From Candidatus Omnitrophota bacterium (GTDB lineage Bacteria; Omnitrophota; Gorgyraeia; B26-G9), in NCBI GenBank assembly GCA_043805415.1, contig JAZDHZ010000033.1, forward strand, positions 89,600 to 153,599: a DNA stretch of 64,000 nt. The letters run 5' to 3'. Under the pieces are notes generated by a model. That model did no database searches and was not told the origin of the DNA. It saw only the letters and a list, made by a program, of their open reading frames with translations. Shown in pieces: positions 57,244 to 64,000 of this stretch (positions within the stretch are counted from its first letter, which is position 1; every line of letters starts with the position of its first letter). The position numbers were made by a program, and so were the translations under genes.

Positions 57244-58485
57244 ATGAGTAAATTTAGCAAGATACTTACTGATAGAAATTTCTTTTGTTTTTGGGTTGGG
57301 CAGATTATCTCCCAGTTTGGGGATCGGCTTAATCAAATGGCACTCATAGCGCTTGTGTTTCAGCGCATGGGGGGCTCGGCTTTTGGTTTGGCTAAGCTGA
57401 TGTCTTTCACAATTATCCCATCGTTTATTCTTAGTCCAATTGCCGGTGCTTATGTCGATCGCTGGAACCATAAGCGTACGATGATAATAACGGACATTAT
57501 AAGAGCCTGTTTGGTTGTATTGATTCCTTTGTGTTTTTTGCGTACCAGCTCGTTTATTCCTATTTATATAACAGTTTTCCTTGTGTTTTCTACCAGCTGC
57601 TTTTTTCTGCCTTCAAAATTTTCAATTATTCCCGAGATAGTGGAAAAAGATGAATTACTTATTGCCAATTCTCTAACCAATACAACGATGATGGTCGCGG
57701 TGGTTTTTGGTGTGGGATTAGGCGGGCCTTTAATTGAAGCCATTGGAGCAAAAAACGGTTTTTATATTGATGCGGCTAGTTATCTATTGTCGGCTTTCTT
57801 TTTGTGTTTTATAAAAATAAAACATTCGGCTTTACAAAAAGAAGCTGAGCAAAATACAAGTCAGGAAAAATTCAGCCAATCAATATTTTTAGATGTACAA
57901 GAAGGCTTTAAATATGTGCTTACTCATCCCTATGTCAGATTTGTGTTTTTTACTATATTCTTGCTAATGTGCGCGGCTGGAGCTTTATATGTTGTGGGCA
58001 TAGTTTTTATTCAGCAGGCTTTTGGCTCGATTACAAGGGATTTAGGGGTATTGTCAGTTTTTCTGGGTATTGGTTTTTTCTTGGGCGCGCTTTTCTGTGG
58101 GCGATTTGGGAATAAATTATCTAAAGTAAAAATTATATTTCTAAGCGCGATAATCTGCGGTATCTTTATTAGCTGTTTTGGCTTATGTTTAAAAAGATAT
58201 CCGTCGATAATGCTGGCAATGATACTCTCTGTTTTTATTGGAGTCGGGGTGGGGCCGATATTTATTTCCGGCAATACCTTGATTCATGAGGTTATCAAAC
58301 CCCAAATGCGGGGAAGAATATTTAGTTCATTGGGCATTGTTATGAATTTAGGGTTTATAATTTTTATGTTTATTTCGTCAAAACTGTCTGAGTTTTTTAA
58401 TCCCACGTGGGTAATTTTAGGCATTGGCTGTTGTTTCATAATATATGGTATTTCCGGCCTTCTGCGGTTTAAGGGGAAACTTTAA
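57244..58485 (+). CDS. MFS transporter (12 TM); start refined to the Met downstream of the tRNA
   Basis: NFFCFWVGQIISQFGDRL signature of MFS_1 (DHA3/EntS-like) transporters. 12 predicted TM segments. Confidence 0.7.
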   Translation: MSKFSKILTDRNFFCFWVGQIISQFGDRLNQMALIALVFQRMGGSAFGLAKLMSFTIIPSFILSPIAGAYVDRWNHKRTMIITDIIRACLVVLIPLCFLRTSSFIPIYITVFLVFSTSCFFLPSKFSIIPEIVEKDELLIANSLTNTTMMVAVVFGVGLGGPLIEAIGAKNGFYIDAASYLLSAFFLCFIKIKHSALQKEAEQNTSQEKFSQSIFLDVQEGFKYVLTHPYVRFVFFTIFLLMCAAGALYVVGIVFIQQAFGSITRDLGVLSVFLGIGFFLGALFCGRFGNKLSKVKIIFLSAIICGIFISCFGLCLKRYPSIMLAMILSVFIGVGVGPIFISGNTLIHEVIKPQMRGRIFSSLGIVMNLGFIIFMFISSKLSEFFNPTWVILGIGCCFIIYGISGLLRFKGKL

Positions 58486-58662
58486 TTCTGAAAAAACAGA
58501 GTATTAGAGAGTAATGCCGCTAAAAGCAGCTTTGACAATATAGCGAGTTTATGCTAAGATATTATGAATAAACGCGAGCTATGTTTATGTTAAAATATAT
58601 TAGATTATGTTTTTAAACCAATATAAATTTTTTAAGCTTAGGATTAAAATGGCGGTATAAAT

Positions 58663-59496
58663 ATGTTTGGAAAACCAAAATATACTATAGTAAAGATCAA
58701 AAAAAAAGATATGCCCGGGGGCTTATGTACAAAATGCAGTGGTTGCGGGCAGATTATCTTCACAAAACAGCTCAAAGAAAATATGAGTATTTGTCCTAAA
58801 TGTGACCATCATTTTGTGCTTTCGGCAAAGCAGAGAATGGATATTTTAATTGATGAAGGGACTTTTACTGAATATGATCATAATTTAAGTTCCAAGGATA
58901 TAATCGGCTTTAAAGGCCCTAAGACTTATGTACAAAAAATTAAGCAAGACCAAAAAGCTACTGGGATTATTGATGCTGTGCTGACTGGTCAAGGCGAAAT
59001 GGATGCCAGAAAAGTAGTTATGGCAGTTACTGATTCTAGATTTATTATGGGATCAATGGGCTCTGTAGTAGGAGAGAGAATTACTCGAGCCACAGAGAAA
59101 GCTACAGAACTGAAACTTCCGTTAGTCATTGTTTCCGGTTCTGGCGGCGGAGCTCGAATGTATGAAGGATTAACAAGTCTTATGCAAATGGCAAAGACCT
59201 CCGCGGCATTGGCTAAACATAAAGAAAAAGGTCTTTTGTTTCTTTCGGTATTGACCAATCCTACAATGGCAGGGATTATGGCTAGCTTTGCTAGTTTAGG
59301 CGATGTGACGATTGCAGAGCCTAAGGCATTGATTGGTTTTACCGGCCCGCGGGTTATTGAGCAAACAATAAGGCAAACACTTCCGATGGGGTTTCAGAGT
59401 TCAGAATTTCTGATTGAGCATGGGATGCTTGATTTGATTGCGCATAGAAAACAGATGAAGGCATTATTAGGACAATTGATTGATTATTTAACCTAA
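58663..59496 (+). CDS. accD: acetyl-CoA carboxylase carboxyltransferase beta subunit
   Basis: Zinc finger CTKCSGCGQ...CPKCDHHF, then a carboxyltransferase domain (GSMGSVVGERI, GGARMYEG). Confidence 0.9.
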   Translation: MFGKPKYTIVKIKKKDMPGGLCTKCSGCGQIIFTKQLKENMSICPKCDHHFVLSAKQRMDILIDEGTFTEYDHNLSSKDIIGFKGPKTYVQKIKQDQKATGIIDAVLTGQGEMDARKVVMAVTDSRFIMGSMGSVVGERITRATEKATELKLPLVIVSGSGGGARMYEGLTSLMQMAKTSAALAKHKEKGLLFLSVLTNPTMAGIMASFASLGDVTIAEPKALIGFTGPRVIEQTIRQTLPMGFQSSEFLIEHGMLDLIAHRKQMKALLGQLIDYLT

Positions 59497-59537
59497 TAGC
59501 ATATTGAAAATAAAAGATTAGTTCGGAGGAGAAGTAA

Positions 59538-60539
59538 GTGCCAACAGAAAGACGTAAGAATGCAAGTACTCGCTATACTATCGGAGTTGATTTTGGGGGA
59601 ACAAATGTTAAATTAGCATTAGTTTGTTTTACGGGAGATGGTTTCAAAATTGAAGGCTTTTCTTCCTTTCAAACTAAAAACTATAAAAGAGATGAATTGA
59701 TTGAACAGTTGGTTATTAGGATTATTAAATTAAAAGCGGAAAGTACTTATAAAGGCAATCGAGTGCGGGGTGTTGGAATTGGGGTGCCTGGTAGAGTTGA
59801 TTTTAATCAGGGAATTGTTTTTGATCTGACTAATGTTGCCGGCTGGAAAAATGTTCATTTGCGTGATGCCTTAAATGCAAAGGTTAAAATTCCGGTTTTG
59901 GTTGACAATGATGCTAATCTTATGGCACTTGCGGAGAGTAAATTTGGCGCAGCCAAAGGGCACAAAGATTGTCTTTGTGTGACAATGGGTACAGGAATCG
60001 GCGGCGGGATTGTTTTTGACAGTAAAATATACAGAGGAATGAATTTTGCCGCTGGGGAAATCGGGCATATGACGATTAATGAAAATGGCCCGCTTTGTGT
60101 TTGCGGCGGAAAAGGCTGCGTGGAAAGATATGCTGGTAATAGATATATTTTGGAAACAGCTGTTAAGAGACTGCGCAATGGGGCAAAAAGCATGCTTAAA
60201 AGTCAACTGGCTGGAAAATATTCAAACCTTACATTGGAGATGCTGACCCAGGCCGCGAGAAAGAAAGACCCATTTTCTTTACTGATCTGGCAGGAAGTTG
60301 GTATGCATATGGGAGCTGTTTTAGCAAATGTGGTAAACCTGCTTAATCCTGAGATTATAGTTTTAGGTGGGGGAGTCGCAAATGCCGGGGCACTAATCCT
60401 TGATCCGATAAGAAGGACAGTAAAGGAGCGAGCTTTTCAAGTTTCATGCCGCAATTTAAAAATAGTGCCATCTAAATTTAAGGAAAAAGCAGGCATTATT
60501 GGCGCGGCTTCATTAGTATTGACCAATAAGGAGAAATAA
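59538..60539 (+). CDS. ROK-family sugar kinase (glucokinase / N-acetylglucosamine kinase-like)
   Basis: IGVDFGGTNVKLALV ATP-binding N-terminus. ROK zinc motif GHMTINENGPLCVCGGKGCVERY. Confidence 0.75.
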   Translation: MPTERRKNASTRYTIGVDFGGTNVKLALVCFTGDGFKIEGFSSFQTKNYKRDELIEQLVIRIIKLKAESTYKGNRVRGVGIGVPGRVDFNQGIVFDLTNVAGWKNVHLRDALNAKVKIPVLVDNDANLMALAESKFGAAKGHKDCLCVTMGTGIGGGIVFDSKIYRGMNFAAGEIGHMTINENGPLCVCGGKGCVERYAGNRYILETAVKRLRNGAKSMLKSQLAGKYSNLTLEMLTQAARKKDPFSLLIWQEVGMHMGAVLANVVNLLNPEIIVLGGGVANAGALILDPIRRTVKERAFQVSCRNLKIVPSKFKEKAGIIGAASLVLTNKEK

Positions 60540-61501
60540 TGAGAATTTTACTTACAGGCGGTGCGGGGTTTGTAGGTTCACACTTAGCTGAAAGTTTAAT
60601 TAAAGATGGGCATGAACTTACAGTTGTAGATAATCTTACAACTGGAAACAAAGAGAATATACTGCATTTAGACGGAATTGATGGATTTAGATTTATAGAA
60701 GGCAGCATTTTAGATTATAAACTTATGCTGAAACTGGTTACGGAATGTGATTTAATTTACCATCTGGCTGCCGCGGTTGGGGTTAAATATGTTATTGATA
60801 ATCCGCTTGATTCTTTAATTACTAATGTGCGCGGAACAGAAATTATTTTTGAACTAGCTCATGTTTTTAATAAAAAAGTTTTTTTTGCTTCTTCCTCAGA
60901 GGTTTACGGTAAAGATGCTGCGGCGCCTTTTAATGAAGATGCTGATAGAATAATGGGTTCTGTATCAAAATCCAGATGGGGTTATGCTTTTGCTAAGGGG
61001 TTTGATGAATTTCTAGCAGTCGCATATTCCCAAGAAAAAAAGCTTCCAATAGTTATTGGGCGTTTATTTAATATCTGTGGTCCAAGACAGAGTCATAATT
61101 ACGGTATGGTAATTCCCCGTTTTATTCAGCAAGCGCTTAAAAATGAGCCGATTACTGTTTATGGTGATGGAAAACAGATCAGGTCTTTTACGTATATTGA
61201 TTATGTCGTAAGCGCGATGAAAGCTTTAATGGCTAATCCGCAAGCTCCAGGGCAAATATTCAATATCGGCAGCAGTCAATCTATTGCTATCGGTGATCTT
61301 GCCAAAAAGATAAAACAGCTTTGCAACAGTGATTCTGAAATCATATCTGTTCCTTATTCTCAGGTCTATGGTGATAATTTTGAAGATATGCTGTATCGTG
61401 TTCCCGATACAGCTAAGTTTGAAAAGTTAACCGGTTTTACCCCAAGCATTAAGCTGGATGAAATGCTGCATACAATTATTGATTATCATAGGGGAAGTTA
61501 G
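60539..61501 (+). CDS. NAD-dependent epimerase/dehydratase, UDP-glucuronate decarboxylase (UXS)-like
   Basis: RILLTGGAGFVGSHLAESLIKDGHELTVVDNLTTGNKENI matches the UXS/ArnA-C-terminal type SDR. YxxxK = YAFAK. Confidence 0.75.
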   Translation: MRILLTGGAGFVGSHLAESLIKDGHELTVVDNLTTGNKENILHLDGIDGFRFIEGSILDYKLMLKLVTECDLIYHLAAAVGVKYVIDNPLDSLITNVRGTEIIFELAHVFNKKVFFASSSEVYGKDAAAPFNEDADRIMGSVSKSRWGYAFAKGFDEFLAVAYSQEKKLPIVIGRLFNICGPRQSHNYGMVIPRFIQQALKNEPITVYGDGKQIRSFTYIDYVVSAMKALMANPQAPGQIFNIGSSQSIAIGDLAKKIKQLCNSDSEIISVPYSQVYGDNFEDMLYRVPDTAKFEKLTGFTPSIKLDEMLHTIIDYHRGS

Positions 61502-63886
61502 TTGCGATCATTCCAAAGCAAACCCCTCAGTTTTTTTTTAAGATTTTTTCTTTTCTGCTTTATTTTTAATAACGCATTTATTTTCTTTTCTCTTCCCAAT
61601 GGCTTTTCCCAAGACAATATAAATAACAAACCAAAAGCAAATACTGCATCCCGCAGCCCGGTTATTGTTGATGCCGATGATGTTGAATACCTTGAGACAA
61701 TGATCACCGGTAAAGGTAATGTTAAGATTGATTATGATGGAGTTATTTTGAAATCTGACCGTGCTGATGTTGATATGATGTCAAAAGGGATTGTTGCTTC
61801 CGGTAATGTTATTATTGCTTACAAGGGGATTACCTTATACGGGGAGAAACTCGAATACGATATTGATTCAAAACAGGGATTTATTGAAAGCCTGACCAAT
61901 AATTCTGGTAAGGTTTACGCTTTATATCAAGATGTAAGAATAGATTCAACCAAAATAGACTTTGACTTGGATAATCAAATTGCTCAGGCTCAAGGGGATG
62001 TGGTTTTAACCCAAGGGGATTCTGTTTTAACCGGACATACTCTGCAATATGATTTTAAAACAGAAAGCGGGGGATTAGTTGATCCTATAATAAAAAGCGA
62101 TATTTGGTTTGGTAAGGCCCAGAAGGCTGATAAAAAAGCGCTAAAAAACCTAATAGAATTAGATCACGCGTATGTTACAACCTGTGATATATCGGAAAAA
62201 CCGCATTATCGTATTCAAGCAAAAAGAATTGATTACTATATTGATGATAAGATTGTTGCTAAAAACGCGCTGATGTTTGTGGGGAACATCCCAGTGGTTT
62301 ATTTTCCTTACTGGAGTCAGTCGCTTAAGGACGGCAGGAACAATCCGACAGTAAGTGTCGGGTATAAAAAAGAGTGGGGAGCATTTATTCTTACTACTTG
62401 GAGATATGATTTGAATGAGTATTTACAGTATAAAATTCATGCTGATCACAGAGATTTGAAAGGTTTTGCCAGCGGAGTAGATGCGGAGTATGATACCAAA
62501 GATTATGGATCGGGAACAGTTAAAACCTATTATATGAATGAACGTGATAAATATTGGGATAATGAGCAAGATAAGCCTAAGGAGACCGAGCGCTATCGGG
62601 CTCAGATAAAACATCGTTGGCAGGCAGATAAATCGACTTTAGGATTATTTGAATATAATAAATTAAGCGATATAGATTTTACTAAAGATTATCTTTATAA
62701 AGAATACGCAGAAGATTTTCAGCCGGTATCTGCGGGATCGATTACTCATTATGAGGATGACTATAGCGTGAGTATTTATGCCCGCAAGCGAACCAACCGC
62801 TTTTATTCAGAAGTAGAACGTTTGCCTGAGCTTGAGTTTAATACTGTGGGCAAGGAAATTGCTGATTCTAATTTTTATCTCCGCAATGACTTGGCTTTGG
62901 CTAATTTGAATAAAAAAATTGCTAATAGTGGAGAAGATACAGACGCAAACAGGATGGATAGTTATAATGAATTAAAATATCCGACAAAATTACCGGGAAA
63001 TTTTGACTGGATTAATATTGCTCCTTATGTAGGAACGCGCCAGACCTATTATTCTAAGGATAATATTGGGCTGAAAGAGGACTTTATCAGAGGTATTCAT
63101 TATTATGGGTTTGATATGAATACAAAATTTTTTCGGATATATGAATATAGCGGCAAGCCTTTGGGGATTGAGGTTAATCGGCTTCGGCATGTTATTACTC
63201 CAAGTGTAAAATACGCGTATATTCACAGCCCAACTGTTCCAGCGAGTAAACTTGGGCTATTTGATGAGATTGATTCTATTAGCGCCGCGAATTTCTTTAC
63301 TTTTGGAATTGAAAACCATTTACAGACTAAATGGACCCCAAGTAAAACAGGCGAATTAGAAAATGTTGATCTTGTTTATTTTTATCCTTATTTAGATTAT
63401 TATCAAAATGCCGCTCCTGGGGTTAAACATTTTGGATTTATTAATACTGAGCTCGATCTTAGACCTTATCGTTGGTTGCATTTGGATTCTGATACAGTTT
63501 TAAATCAGTATCAAAGAAGAATTCAAACCGTTAATATCGACTTATATGCAACCGGATACGATAAATGGAGATTGGGGTTAGGTAAGCGTTATGACCGGAA
63601 TATCAGCGATCAGCTTACTACGGATATATATTATAAAATAAATGATAAATGGCAGGTGCGGGCATATACGCGTTATTTAGGATATACTGATAGCTTCCAG
63701 GAACAGCAATATACTATATACCGAGATTTACATTGCTGGCTTTTAGAAACAAGTTATGATATAAAGCTAAATGATGATGGCTCTGTTGCGGATAAAACTT
63801 TTTGGTTTATTTTTAAGCTGAAAGCATTTCCAGATGAAACTTCGCTTCAGTTTAATGTGGGATATGAAACAACACGCCGAATATAG
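61502..63886 (+). CDS. lptD: LPS-assembly protein LptD-like (N-terminal OstA/LptA-like jellyroll + large C-terminal beta-barrel); TTG start
   Basis: Signal peptide. OstA_N-like beta-strand repeats (VIVDADDVEYLETMITGKGNVKI...ILKSDRADVDM...ASGNVII). About 500-aa C-terminal region rich in alternating aromatics, typical of a large OM barrel. Confidence 0.6.
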   Translation: MRSFQSKPLSFFLRFFLFCFIFNNAFIFFSLPNGFSQDNINNKPKANTASRSPVIVDADDVEYLETMITGKGNVKIDYDGVILKSDRADVDMMSKGIVASGNVIIAYKGITLYGEKLEYDIDSKQGFIESLTNNSGKVYALYQDVRIDSTKIDFDLDNQIAQAQGDVVLTQGDSVLTGHTLQYDFKTESGGLVDPIIKSDIWFGKAQKADKKALKNLIELDHAYVTTCDISEKPHYRIQAKRIDYYIDDKIVAKNALMFVGNIPVVYFPYWSQSLKDGRNNPTVSVGYKKEWGAFILTTWRYDLNEYLQYKIHADHRDLKGFASGVDAEYDTKDYGSGTVKTYYMNERDKYWDNEQDKPKETERYRAQIKHRWQADKSTLGLFEYNKLSDIDFTKDYLYKEYAEDFQPVSAGSITHYEDDYSVSIYARKRTNRFYSEVERLPELEFNTVGKEIADSNFYLRNDLALANLNKKIANSGEDTDANRMDSYNELKYPTKLPGNFDWINIAPYVGTRQTYYSKDNIGLKEDFIRGIHYYGFDMNTKFFRIYEYSGKPLGIEVNRLRHVITPSVKYAYIHSPTVPASKLGLFDEIDSISAANFFTFGIENHLQTKWTPSKTGELENVDLVYFYPYLDYYQNAAPGVKHFGFINTELDLRPYRWLHLDSDTVLNQYQRRIQTVNIDLYATGYDKWRLGLGKRYDRNISDQLTTDIYYKINDKWQVRAYTRYLGYTDSFQEQQYTIYRDLHCWLLETSYDIKLNDDGSVADKTFWFIFKLKAFPDETSLQFNVGYETTRRI

Positions 63887-63942
63887 GTTTATATTTTAAA
63901 TTAAGGCCGAGCAAGGATTAAATGAGGTAGGAATGAAAAGAT

Positions 63943-64000
63943 CAAAATTCGAGAGAATAGTAATTTCGAGCATACTTTTTATAGCGTGCTTAGTATTGTT
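63943..64000 (+). CDS. 5' fragment of an ORF truncated by the window end (MKRSKFERIVISSILFIACLVL..., signal-peptide-like)
   Basis: Open frame running off the window. No call possible. Confidence 0.25.

Noticed and set aside
56974-57471. 165-aa minus-strand ORF spanning the tRNA-Thr locus
   Set aside because: It overlaps a well-folded tRNA and the start of the MFS transporter gene. It has no RBS or homology cues.
1-64000. CRISPR arrays, transposases, integrases, phage genes
   Set aside because: No regularly spaced repeat-spacer arrays, no DDE/tyrosine-recombinase-like ORFs and no phage structural genes were recognised. The only repeats are short intergenic/microsatellite families.

Overview
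This is a low-GC (about 35%) chromosomal segment with about 70 tightly packed genes, almost all on the + strand. It comes from a Gram-negative (LPS-making) bacterium, and Lys/Ala-rich histone-H1-like sequence together with an LpxC-FabZ fusion give it a loosely PVC/Omnitrophota-like flavour. The content is mostly core housekeeping: a lipid A pathway (lpxD, lpxC-fabZ fusion, lpxA, lpxI, lpxB, lpxL-like), bamA-skp, lptD, MEP-pathway genes (dxr, ispG, ispE), uppS-cdsA-rseP, proS, nadE, and a Bacillus-like ispE-spoVG-glmU-prs-ctc-pth-rpsF-ssb-rpsR-rplI-dnaB block. There is a complete type IV pilus assembly cluster (pilM/N fusion, pilO, pilP, pilQ, pilB, pilC and a pilin) and a second, orphan pilin gene with a long leader. 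Two tRNAs are present, Gln-UUG and Thr-CGU. No transposase, integrase or CRISPR array was seen. The stand-out region is 9.4-16.8 kb. It contains a Soj-like ParA ATPase fused to an AMPK-beta-type CBM48 glycogen-binding domain. Two downstream proteins share a ParB-like N-terminal peptide (LGKGLEDISxLFLS); one is a degenerate pseudo-ParA and the other has a Lys-rich tandem-repeat region plus a C-terminal DUF4912-like domain. A GH57 glucan branching enzyme follows. I propose this is a previously undescribed ParA-type system that positions or segregates glycogen granules. Several families of short intergenic repeats, including GACACAAG-type octamer microsatellites (one inside proS), punctuate the window. 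Hand-derived coordinates (starts refined from the ORF track, RNAs, repeats, hairpins) are approximate to a few nt.
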